From NCBI RefSeq assembly GCF_037042905.1, contig NC_087251.1:25792001-25856000 (forward strand): a DNA stretch of 64,000 nucleotides, in the 5' to 3' direction. This stretch comes from Lytechinus pictus. Taxonomy: Eukaryota. The number at the start of each line of letters is the position of its first letter. The first letter of the stretch is position 1. Shown here piece after piece: positions 50,739 to 62,736 of the stretch. The notes under the pieces are model-generated. The model saw nothing but the letters and a program-made list of their open reading frames with translations. It was not told the DNA's origin and did no database searches. Made by a program: the position numbers and the translations under genes.

Positions 50739-53700
50739 TCACTCATCTCTGGCTGCCCAGATGGACGCTTCCTCAAAGTTGAAGTCCCCATGACCTGAAA
50801 TTAACAGATAGATTGTGAAAAACACTTGTTTTATTAATTATTGAAAAACAGACATTGTGAGGATAATGGGTTTTCATGTGAAAATGTAAACAATTTAAGA
50901 ATGATAATGTCCCATCTTCATTGTGCAACTTCTGCTGATGCAGTTTAACATGACTGATGATCCAATATAGCCATATTTAGGTCATTCATGACATCATGAG
51001 TAATTTTACAAAGGGTTATGAAAACTGGTACACAACCATGGACTAACAACAAAGTTAGCATCTGAGGAATGTTTCCACAAAGAATGAAATGTACCTTTCA
51101 TAGGAAGCTCTTCCAACTTAGGATACGATGAGCTGTCCATTTCCTCAATGCTTCCTGCTGAATCAGTAGAGCTATCTGTGCATGATGATAGGTAGAGAAA
51201 GCCACTATCTGGACTATGATGAATTTCAATGTCAAAGGCAAATCCCCCTGCTTTCTCACATGCTCTGCAGTGAACAGGTGTTGCATCAGGTCCCATAGGA
51301 ATGGCCTCTTCATCATCGTCATAGTCTGGGTATTTCCTGACAGCTCCGGCATGGTGCGGCATTCGTTCACGTTTCCAGATGATATGGTCTGGGACCAAGC
51401 TCATAACCTACATTGAAACATAAAAGATGGTTAATGGTCTGGTGGCTCAATGTGTTCATAAAACTACCATTTCATGAACATCCCTTCTGATGAAACCTTC
51501 TGCCTTCTAATGTAATACTTGGGATATTAGAATGGAAAATGGTAAAGATATTTTGATGAAATTCCCAGTGTTATGCTTGTTTTATTTTTTCTCTTTTTAT
51601 TAAAATCATCATTTCTCCCAATCATGCGAACTTGACTCAATCCCAACAGATTTGGTTAAGAAATGTGCCACAGTATTGGCCCGTCATTACTAGAATAGAA
51701 AATCCAAGTCTTAGTTTGGGAGTTGTCCCACAGGTCTGTATAAAAGCTGTCATCCATCCGACGCTGAAAAAAATCAGGCTTAGATCAAGAGTGTCTGAAA
51801 AATTACCACCCAATATCAAACAGTAAACTGCTGGATAGAGTTGTTTTCTCACAGTTAACATATTTACAAGAGAATGAGTAATTTGACCCATGTCAATTTG
51901 CCTACAAGCTTGGTCATAGTGTAGAAACACTACAAGTCAACTTAGTATCTTTCGTGAAATGGATAATGGTAACATTACAGCTCTTATTATGCTTGATATG
52001 AGTTCAGCATATGATACAGTAGATCACACCATCCTAATTGAAAGGCTGAACTCATTAGGTATCAAGGGGACTGCCCTTCTTGCTTGGTTCATGTCCTATC
52101 TATCAGAACGATCTCAATATGTCAGAATCGGTAGTTCTATCTCAGGTTCAATTACTCTAAGGTTTGGTGTACCCCAGGGCTCTGTAGGAGGTCCACTGCT
52201 CTATATGCAACCGATCAACAAGATATTTCGTAAACATGGCATTAAATACCATTGTTATTCTGATGACATACAACTCTATTTGTCCATGTTTTGATTTTCT
52301 CCCATTTAGATTTCTCAAACTCATTGTTTTGTAGCCTCCCACAAAAAGGTTAGACAAAACTTCAACATCTACAAAACTCTGCTGCCTGTCTCCTAACCTA
52401 CAAAAAAAATATGACTCCATCTATCCAATCCTCCAGTCCTTAAATTGGCTGCCTTTTAAAAAAAAGAATCACCTTCAAAATTCTTCTAATTCTACATCAT
52501 TTAGTTTATTCTCTCTCCCCCACATATCTGCGCAGCTCTATCTCAAAATATCAGCCTTCACGTAGTCTCCGCTCATCATCCGATGCTCTATTGCTCCAGA
52601 CACCCAGAACAAAGCACAAATGAGGGGACCATGCATTCTCTGTTATAGGACCAAAGCTATGGAATCAACTGCCTATCCAATTACGCCAAATTTCATCAAC
52701 AGAAACATTCCCAACTGAAAACTTATTTGTTCCTCTCCCATTAACAGTTTAGTGTGTTTTATTCAGAATTCATACTTCAAAATTCTATTCATTTTTTTCT
52801 ATTGCTTATGTGTATGTTTATTGATCTTGATTTGGAGCGCCCTGAGCACCGAAAGGTGAACCTGTATGCTATATAAGTAGCCACCATTATTATTTTTCTG
52901 GAGTTGACTTGACCTTTGAATCCGAGGCCATGGGATGCAATAGCCCTGGATGCCCTGTTAGCTTTCCTCAATGCTCCTCTTATACTCCTTTTTTTATTCT
53001 TCCCATTTGTGTTGTAATATAGGCATATGCTTGCCCCAAAAGTATAAAAGAATAAGGCCTGTTGATTGCTATACAAATTGGTATTAGTTATTCAGAGCAT
53101 TTGTCCCAAGATGAATATTAAGTCAGTAAAGGGCTAGATACAGAAACTGAAATTGAGATGGAAGAAAATTTTCGACGTAGAAGTGGTAATAAATATCTAT
53201 GTATAATAATCTGGTCTGCAAAAATTTATTTTAATTTAAAATGCATCATTTATACCTCTTCACAACACTTTCTACTGACTGCAGCCCTGTACTGGATAGT
53301 CCTTAGGAGTCTGTCTCTCTTGCGCAGAAAGCCAGTATAAGTGTTTCTCCAGTTCCTTCCCAATGCCCAAGGGAAGATATTGTACTTGTCATCCTCTTCA
53401 TCTTCTTCCATATCACTTGCTAAATACCTGAAGGATTATGCATGAACAGGTACACTGTTACTCCCATAAATGATTCAAAGGATACTTGAAGATCAGATAT
53501 AGAACTACATGTATCTTGAGTGATGTTGAATCCCTGAAATCATGAACAGTTTGTGGAAGATTGACCCATTCTGCCATGATGCTACATGAATACTCTGTAT
53601 TTTTAGATTGTTGCAGATTTTTAGCTATTCACTGTAAATTATGAATAAGACAAAATTATTTGTTCAACATTTTTCCCTAAATAATTCCTAGTTTGGGGAT

Positions 53701-56700
53701 AATTTAGCACCAGTGTGAGATAATTGTGTTCCACATTTGCAGTTATTACTTCATAATGATGTTCATACATGTGTATGTGTATTTGACTATGATACTTGGC
53801 TGTAACCAATCAATATGCCACAACCTTTCCAAATTGCCTGGTTTCCTTTATTCAATACACAGAAATAAATGGAAAGTGTATATTTTGTTTTTACACAATT
53901 TGTGTTATGATGTACTTGTTGAATGAGAATCACACTTTACTGATTATTTTAATTTTAAAAGAAATTTGCCACCATAACAATTTGATTTTTGTCATACTCA
54001 TGTAAGTCTTTTTTTTCAAATGGCATACTTACAGTGCTACGAAGAAATTCATTCTTGTGTACTGCTTGATAGTGTACTGAGCCCTTTTGAAATATGCAAA
54101 GACCATGGCCAAAAGATACTAAAATGAAAAATGACAAAAAGAAGTGAAACAAAGCTGATTTACTTGGGAATACAACACTGCTGGGAAGCTGGGGTAACAC
54201 TCTCATTAACTTCTATAGCATCTGGGTTTTTTTTTTCAGGATAGTGATAGCACATTGATGCAATTAACACTATGAAATGGGATATTGTTCCCAACTTTTT
54301 TCCATAATCTTGGATTTGGACAGGAAATCCCTTGACAGATCATTCACTAATAGGAAAGATTGATTTTCCTACATTTGCTGATCTAGATATTCATTCACCT
54401 GTTTTAACAAGAAATAAGATTTGCATTTGTCAAATGTATTTTGCATAGAATTCTCCAATAAAACAGACAACAAAATGCTTTACATGAATTATATCCAGTC
54501 CAAAGTACTACAGACAAGACCCTAATATTCATTGCTGTGTGACATAAAATATGTTAAGATCTACTGTAGATTTCCAGCTGACCACATGGTAAATTTAAAC
54601 TACCGGTACACTTCTGTAACGCCTGGGTCCCATTGCACAAAATTGTGAATTCTATGGTAAGTCCCTTCTTAGCACAATTTCAGTACCAGAAGCTCATGTC
54701 GGGAACTTGAGACCATAAATCATGTTAAGTTTTATGAAATTGGACCAAAATTCTAACTCTAAATAAAGATGCACATTTTGCAAAGGGCTTTTTTATATTT
54801 AATTATCAGGCAATCAGGCTGTTTTTTTTAAATCAATCTTATATCTATTATGCCAGTAACCCTCCCCCCCTTAAGGCATTAGGAGCGAAAATTTGCAAAA
54901 TATGTCTATGTCCGAACTTTGCATAGTTGGCATGGAATTTATTTCTGTCACACATGCACAGAATGTCCCCTTAGATGCCATCTTGTTCAAAGTGGGTGTC
55001 ATCTACTACTACTTTTAGTTTGACTAACCTATGCCAACTTGGGAGATATATAAACGAATGACAAAAAGACTAGGAAAATATACATATTTACATGTAACTG
55101 CAAGTGATAGATTTAGAAGTTTAGTGTGCTGAGAATTCATGAAAGCCATGGATCAAAATAGGTTTACATCTCCTTTAGATATGAAATGAAGTTATTTTTA
55201 ATTTTTGAAGTCCAGTAGAAGAGACTAGTTTACATTTAGATGTGAATTCATATACCAGCACATGTTATAGATCTAGGTTCATATTAAGACCTCTACAAGG
55301 TCCAGGAGCATGCAGAATCAAGTTGATTTAGATCTACTAGTTTTGAGGGTTTTTTTTTACCTTGTCAGCAGTTTTTGCACAACAGTCCATCCACAGGAAG
55401 TCTTGGATAAGATCATCATCTGAAAGAGTGAGAGAAGGTTAAAGAGACAAATAGATCTAGAGCTAGAAGTATACATGTACCGTATATCACCAACACAGCT
55501 TGCCCCGGGGATGTAGCCACAAAGCCCAAACACATTGTGTTCAGGCTGCTGCAATAAACAGAGACAGATGTTTGACTGGAATGTTCCTTACTTTCAAAAT
55601 TAACAAGAGTAGATCTAGAGGTCAACAGTTTTCCAAATTACCGGTAATGGAAAAGTTGGGAGCCATGACCAAGGGCTGCAGAACCAGAAAGAGGGGGGGG
55701 GCGGGGGGCTTCAGCCCCCACTTTTTTCCAAAACCAGCGTGTACAAAAACACAGAAATTACCATCTGATTGTGATTTTTTGTGTGGTCAACGCTTGGGTC
55801 AACCTCCCCCCCCCCCCCCCCACTTTCAAAACCGTTCAGCGGCCCCTTAGAGTGAGGCTGAGAGTTTTTCAAACTAACATTTTTCATTAGTATGGCAAGT
55901 TACCCTAAGTCTGCGCAGTCCCCCTTGTCTGCGCATACGCGTATCTGCGTGATTCTAGTAAAAGAATATACGCAATAAGCACGAACTTTACACATGCAAT
56001 ACATAGACAGGTATTCATAAAAAATCTGACTCAAAATGGTGGAAAAATAATGAATTTAGGGCATTTCATGTGACGGCCTCAAAATGCAGCCTTTCTCATC
56101 AATCGTGTGCAAAGTGAATGAGTGCGCAGACATGGGGTACTATTTATTTTTCAATCTGAAAATGACTGCCCGAGGTTTTTTCAAGAAAATCCTATATTTT
56201 CTTTCATTTTTTAATGAGAAATTTAATACTCTAAATAATATAAGGAACATTTTTAATTGAAAAATTTTGTGAAATAAGAAAAAATTCATGTTAAATCTTA
56301 ACTCAAATTGTTGGGTGCGCAGACTTGGGGCCCACCATCATACTACGGTACGGGGGGGGGGGGTCTAATGTCCGGACTGTCACTGTCTAAGCACTAAGTT
56401 AAAGATATTCCGATGTCCACTTAACATTTAAAAACATAGGCCCATATTCTGAAGTCGGGTTTAACTTAAACTCAGGTTTAAAGTTGTGGTTTAAGTATGG
56501 ACAGCCAATTGTTACATAAATCACTAACAGTAGGGATATCATATTTCAGCTCATTTGGCTCTCAAATAATTCATAATTGTCTAGGAAATATATATAGATT
56601 ATTGTCTTCACCATCGATGAATCAAGAAAGAGCACAGCAAACATAAGAAACGTACAACTTAACAAAAAAATTGATACTTTTGGCTGTCCATACTTAAACC

Positions 56701-57789
56701 ACAACTTTAAACCTGAGTTTAACTTAAACCCGACTTCAGAATACGGGCCATAGCCTCTGGGGTCTAATCTTTTGCTATGGATTTTCTCAAAATAATAAAT
56801 ATTTGTGCTATGTAAATAGATCTAGATCTAGCCTACATCTTTCAATCGATAAATGAAATATTGGCATAGATCTAGGTACCGGTAGGGAAAGATCAAACGT
56901 TAATTCTCGTTAGATTGAGACTTTAGACTTGTCTTACTTAAGAAATGTAAGATGATCTCTTGAAAATAAGTCAGATCTAGATATAGACTAGTCTAGATCC
57001 TAATTAAAAGTTAACACTAAAGACAAAGTTTACTAAGGTAAAGTTAAGTAACAGAACAGATAGATCTAGGCCCTATAAAATTTTGGTTTACCGTGTAATT
57101 TAAACGGTTTAGGTTCTATAGACTCAAGATATCTAACGTACGTTAGATCTAGAAAGTCTAGATTAGACAAATCTAAAATTAACTAGGCCTAATAGTGTTC
57201 TAAATCTAACTCTAAGTAAGGCTTAACGTTAGACCTTTTTTGAGAAAATCCAGAGCAAAAGCGTTAATTCTTACTACTGTAGGCCTAGCCGTAGGCCTAA
57301 CGTCAATTTTGAGTGACAAATCTATAACTTGGATCTAGGCCTAGTCTTACTCTTAGTCTTACTCTTAGACTAACAGTCTAACGTTATAGATTGAGACTGG
57401 GAGGAGTGGAACTGAGGCTGACTCAGTCTCAGACTGAGATTGAGTCTCACTCAATCTGTCTGACTCTGAGTCTGAGTGAGACTGACTGAGACCGAATCTG
57501 ATTGCTCACCAAAAAGTCGGAAAAATGCTGTTATTTCCTCCGATGTAACGACCATTTTCTGTGGTTGCTTTCTTCTGAAGAAGGAACTGAATTGTGCAGA
57601 TGTGGACATTTCATGTTCATTTTCGGCTGTAGTAAATTTATTATAGAATGTTCCTTTGTCTGGTTGTGCCAAAGTTGTCGAGGCTGAGCCGGAGGCCGAT
57701 TTGCCAGTTCCAGTTCCGCGAACAGACAACATTTTCGCCGTTTTCTGCAGAATTCCAGGCAATTTAATCGGCTGTTGAGTGCCTTTCAT
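50739..57789 (-). CDS. SPDYA: Speedy/RINGO non-cyclin CDK activator (Speedy A-like), 321 aa
   Basis: Exons 57789-57510, 55419-55361, 54118-54033, 53427-53256, 51407-51095, 50794-50739 (GT-AG, 966 nt). Speedy box: [39 protein letters not shown]...[33 protein letters not shown]...[14 protein letters not shown]...[15 protein letters not shown]. The start could be a downstream Met. Confidence 0.96.
51640..52895 (+). pseudogene. Decayed L2-clade LINE 3' portion (RT) in SPDYA intron 4
   Basis: [55 protein letters not shown], and later [14 protein letters not shown]. The 3' tail reads gagcgccctgagcacc...tatataagt..cattattatt. Many stops and frameshifts. Confidence 0.9.
56439..56749. mobile_element. 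Harbinger-like MITE in SPDYA intron 1
   Basis: About 70-nt near-perfect TIR, GGCCCATATTCTGAAGTCGGGTTTAA...GGACAGCCAA and its reverse complement. Confidence 0.85.
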
Positions 57790-57959
57790 GTTCCAGCTTA
57801 GGCCTGAACAAGACTGTTCTATTTAATACCTCAGTTCGGTTCCTGTGTATCTAGTAATAAAGCCTTTTCCCCCCTTTTTTTGCAATGAATCAGTCTAGCT
57901 CGGTATGGCAATGGGATCTCGAAGGATGGCAGACGGGGAAGTTGCGGGGCATGCATGGA

Positions 57960-58100
57960 TCGGAGCCAATACACCCGAGCAGCAGTCAAGAAGCAGCTAG
58001 TTTCCAAGTTAGCGCAGCTAGCTCAGCTGATCGATCATGACGTCAGTGCAGTGTGAGCATGCGCGCATGTGTATCGCGTATATTATGACATGCGCACTGG
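57960..58100 (-). promoter_or_regulatory. Putative SPDYA proximal promoter: CCAAT, full CRE and NRF-1-like palindrome
   Basis: AGCCAAT at ~57964, TGACGTCA at 58038-58045, GCATGCGCGCATG at ~58057 and CATGCGCA at ~58089, in a CpG-rich patch 170-310 nt upstream of the ATG. Confidence 0.55.
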
Positions 58101-59023
58101 ATTATTATGTGCACAAAACCAATGTCATCGCGTATGCATCATCAATGGATAGCACTTCTTTATTACGTCATAAATTTGTAGTGTTTACACAAAATTGGTT
58201 TCGCGCCTTTATGAAGGAATGATGGTTCGAAGTTTCGATCCCATCTTAATTGGCTCTAGCGCTGGATACATACCGGTAGTCAATTCAGGCCAAGAAACCC
58301 CGGGACAGAAACGAAAGTTTCTTCGGTGTTTACTCCAAGCGAAAACTCGGTTGAACATGCTCCCAACAAACACTAGGCCTAAAAAGACAATTGTTTTGTT
58401 GCCCTCATAAGCCCCTGCACATCGGAAAGTTGGTTCGGTCGGCTACACGTTACAGTGTGGATGACAATGGTTCCCTTTTTAAGTGAAAACCTTTTTTGCA
58501 CAGTTTTAGTACAGATGTGGGTCGTGCCCAGCCCCCCCCCCCCCCCAAAAAAAAAAAAAAAAACCAACAACAACAGATCTTTGATCATAAAATAAGGAAG
58601 AGAAACAGAAAGAAACCGTGGTGAGATGATTTTTTTTCTTCTGAAAATTATGTCAAAATCTAAAATTATAGATTTTCATTTGAAAAGGTCACATTTTGTT
58701 CACTGCCACCGCTCGTTAGTGATTTTTAAAGAAATTTTGTCACACATATTACCATACATGTATGTTGTGTCCCTCATGTTATGGCTCATTTGGCCACTGC
58801 TTTTTTGTCAATTTTGTTTGAGAATAAAATTAATAAACAATTTTAGAGCACCGACATTATTCATTCTGCCCTGCACCCCCTCAAAAAAATGTGTAGTTAT
58901 AACGTGATGTGTCTGCACATTTTGGTAACAACTTGATTTGACGGTTATAATGGAGTAACTTATTGTTAATATGGTAGGGCCTATTGGGTTAGGGACAAAG
59001 TCAGGGTTAGTATAATGTCTGTA

Positions 59024-59355
59024 CATGTGCGGAAATCCCAGGGGGACGTGTCCCCCCTACGCAAAATAGAAGGGGGACACAATGTCAAATGTCCCCCCTA
59101 CTATTGTTGGTCTTTTATGATGGTAAGAAATATACATCATTCAAAATCGAAATAAAACATCATTTTGGGACGAGATGACCTTACTTTGGGGATGATAACT
59201 TTTTTTTTTTTTTTTTTTTTTTTGCTTGCTTGTCTTTATTTTCATCGAAATGACCTGAAGGGGTGATAACCTTTTTTTTTCTTTTCTTTTGTTTTGATTG
59301 TCAAATTTTCCAGCCCCTCGTCCCCCCTACCTTTTGGGAGAGATTTCCGCCCCTG
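59024..59355. mobile_element. hAT-type G/C-run MITE
   Basis: CATGTGCGGAAATC ... GATTTCCGCCCCTG with TSD TGTCTGTA/TGTCTGTG. Confidence 0.75.
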
Positions 59356-59364
59356 TGTCTGTGT

Positions 59365-60525
59365 GGGGTGATTTGCCACTACGTCCAATGCCATTTCTTC
59401 CAATGACCATGCCATATAATGCTGTCTGGTCCAACACCATTTTGTTCAATATCCATTTCGTCCGATAGCCACTTCGTCTAGCTTTTTTTAAGAGTAATTT
59501 CGTCCAATAGTCAGTTTCTCTTAGACCCATTTCGTCCAATGGCCACTTCCTCGATCTAAGCATGCTCTAAGAGCCATTTCGTCTAAATCCCACTTCATTT
59601 ACTAGACACTTCTTTCAATAGCCAGTTCGTCTAACTTCTTTATTTTGGTCCAATACCCACTTGTTCCAATAAATGACAGTTGGTCCGATATCCGCTTGGT
59701 CCAATACCCGCTTGGCCCAACTGACAGTTCGCCAAATTGGTCTAATACCCGTTACTGGGGGCAGGCGCTGATCCAGGGGGTGAATGGGTCCCCCATCTAA
59801 GAGCCATTTCGTCCAATAGACACTTCTTACAAGGCCATTTCGTCCAATAGCCAGTTCGTCTAACTTCATTGTCAGTTGGTCAAATTGTCATTTTGTTCCA
59901 ATACCCACTAGGTCCAATTGACAGTTCGGCCAATATCCAATAGGTCTAATACCCGTTACTGGGGGCAGGCGCTGATCCAGGGGTTGAATGGGTCCCCCAT
60001 CTAAGAGCCATTTCGTCCAATTGACACTTCTTACAATAGCCATTTCGTCCACTAGCTAGTTCGTCTCATAACCAGTTGTTCTAATGTCCATTTTATTTTC
60101 ATTCATTTCGCCCATTTAACACTAATTTTAGTCCAATGAGACCTAATGGTAAATGGCTATTGGACCAACTGGTTATAGACGAAATGATGAGTGGATGAAA
60201 TGGTAATTAGACCATGTGGAAAGTGGTCGAACTGTCTATTGGACCAAGTGGGTATTGCACCAACTGTCAATTGGACCAAGTGGGTATTGGAACAAAATGG
60301 CAATTTTATCGTCTGGCAATGAAGTTAGACGCACTGGCTATTGGACGAATTTGATATTGTAAGAAGAGGCTATTGGACGAGATGGATGGCTCTTAGACTA
60401 TTGGCTATTGGACGAAATGGCTATTGAATGAAATAATATTGGACTAAACAGCATTAGACGACATGGTTATTGGACAAAATGGTATTGGACGTAGTTGGTA
60501 TCAGACCATGTGGATCTCAGACCAA
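59365..60525. mobile_element. Foldback-type element made of inverted arrays of short tandem repeats
   Basis: Left arm has many CCATTTCGTCCAAT-like units (59365-~60130). Right arm has the reverse complement ATTGGACGAAATGG-like units (~60140-60525). Confidence 0.75.
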
Positions 60526-61272
60526 CTACTGATTAGACAAAATTAATGGAAAACCAAATGGGTTGAGCCGATGTGGTTTTACAAAATATAGAGACCAATG
60601 AAGTTCCTAGTGTCGATGAAAGGTATTTTGTATTTTACTTAATGCATTGAAAGAGCACAGACAACTGAGCGAATAATCCCAGAAGTTACCAAAATATGCC
60701 GTCAATGTCCTGCACATTTTGGTAGATTTATCAAACTGTGCCTTGTCATCTTTTCGGCTACTTTAACATCTTTTTATAACACCTCCCCTCTCTCTTTCTC
60801 TATTTTCATTGATGTCTGTTTCATGAATTTAATCACAATTACAATATCAATTTTTTTTTCATTTGATTTGATTTCATATGGGAAACTTGCTACCTATTAT
60901 ATCCTTTCCTTTTAAGTATATTTTGTCATTAAAGTTTGGTATATAAACAATAACAATTTGGCTGTAATATTTTTACTCACGATTTAAGTTTACATAGCTT
61001 TTGTTTTCTGTTAAATAACGACGTGAATATTATTATTTAAAAGAAACATAATTGCCTAAATGAATAATGCGAGTGCAAAACGCGAGCCGACATTTTCACT
61101 ATACACTGACTTGAAAAAGGGTCATTTTAGGCCGGGGCCGCTACAACTTGCATTGTCCAATTTGGGAGGGATTTTTCCCATGAAAAATTTCCATAATCGG
61201 CTGCTGGAAGGGCTTTGAAAGCTGTTTTTTAATTCCCTCTTTTTTTTCTTTTTTTTTTGGGGGGGGTAGTCC

Positions 61273-61514
61273 CATAGGCGGCGGAAGCGGGGGGGGGGAC
61301 GGGGGGACGTGCCCCCCCCTAAATTTTAGGTGGGGGACGGTCCCCCCTAAATTTTTTGTTGATAACCTTTTTTTTTTTTTTTTTTTTTTTTGCTTGTCAA
61401 TGTTTTTTCTTGCGTCCCCCCTAAAATTTTTTGTTGATAACCTTGTTTTGTTTTTTTTTCTTGTCAAAAAATTGTTGTGGTCCCCCCTATAATTTTTGGC
61501 TTCCGCCGCCAATG
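61273..61514. mobile_element. hAT-type G/C-run MITE
   Basis: TIR CATAGGCGGCGGAAGC / GCTTCCGCCGCCAATG with a perfect 8-bp TSD GGTAGTCC. Confidence 0.9.
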
Positions 61515-62580
61515 GGTAGTCCTAAAGATTTATGTTTATGTACATGTTAGCTTTATTTTTACAAGATATGATTGTTTCGTAAGGAATTAAATATGATGCA
61601 TGCGCTAAGCGCGAGCTAAATTTGTAAAATTACTTTAGGAATTCATGAACAGGATGTTGTCTCACTAATCCGAGCGCGAAGCACAAACTGAAAATCCACT
61701 CTAAAAATGAAATGTAAAATCGACATTTGATGCCCATGAATGTCAATCCCGGGGGTGGGTTTATATTTTATCACCCCACCCCAATATTTCAGGTGGGGGG
61801 ATGGCCTGTGTTATCATCCCCCATTAAGTTCGAACATCATATTTTAACACAATGAATCATTTTGACAAGTATGATCATAATACTAATATTAGTTATATAT
61901 TATTATTATCATCATCATCATAGTGATAATAATGATTATCATCGTGATGGTATAGCGATTCCCATAAAAAGGGACTCATTCATGGGTATCAATCACGGGA
62001 TGGGGGTGAGGGTGGGAGATATATCTCCATATTTCAGGCGGGGGAATGGCGTGTGTTATCAATGGTAACATTGGTTGTCGTATATATACGCATGATGATC
62101 TTTTTTCTCTAGCTCTCTGAATTTACTTATGTTGTTATTGAATGAAACCATTCCTTTCAGATATATATATTTTTTTTAAAATCCAGGATCCCATGGCCGT
62201 GCGAAGCGGTGGGGGCAGTTACCCCCCCCCCCCCAAAAAAAAAAAGAATAACATTTTTTACTGAAAATATTCACAAAATTAACCCCGAGTGTGCACGAAA
62301 TCCTTCAATTTCACTTTAGGAAATGCAAAAGTGCCCCAATGGCAAGATCGGTCACTTCGCTCCATCGTTTTCAAGTTTCATTGAAAATGTGTACGCATCC
62401 CTCTCGGAAAAATATCTGCTTATATGACCATGGTCATCCCCCAAATATATGAACACAAATCGACACCCATGAATTTTGGAAGGTTGGATTTACCACTTTA
62501 AATTGTTCGATCCAACACTTTTGTTGGATTCAGCTTTATGCAAATTTTGGAAAAGGTTGTCACTCCTCCGACCTTTCAGG

Positions 62581-62736
62581 GGCCCGTTTCATAAAGGACT
62601 TGCAACTGTTGTAACTTTGCCATTATGGCAACTGCCATGGTAACATTGATTTTGATTGGCTGCTGAGCCCTGTTACCATGGTATTTGCCATTATGGCAAA
62701 GTTACAACAGTTGCAAGTCCTTTATGAAACGGGCCC
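62581..62736. mobile_element. Harbinger-like near-perfect hairpin MITE
   Basis: CAG|GGGCCCGTTTCATAAAGGACTTGCAACTGTTGTAACTTTGCCAT ... ATGGCAAAGTTACAACAGTTGCAAGTCCTTTATGAAACGGGCCC|CAG. Confidence 0.88.

Noticed and set aside
51959-52294. Functional reverse transcriptase gene (retron/DGR-like)
   Set aside because: Short interrupted fragment of an ordinary L2 LINE, with stops and frameshifts on both sides.
59365-60525. CRISPR-like array
   Set aside because: Eukaryotic context, degenerate units, non-unique spacers, inverted symmetry and no cas genes.
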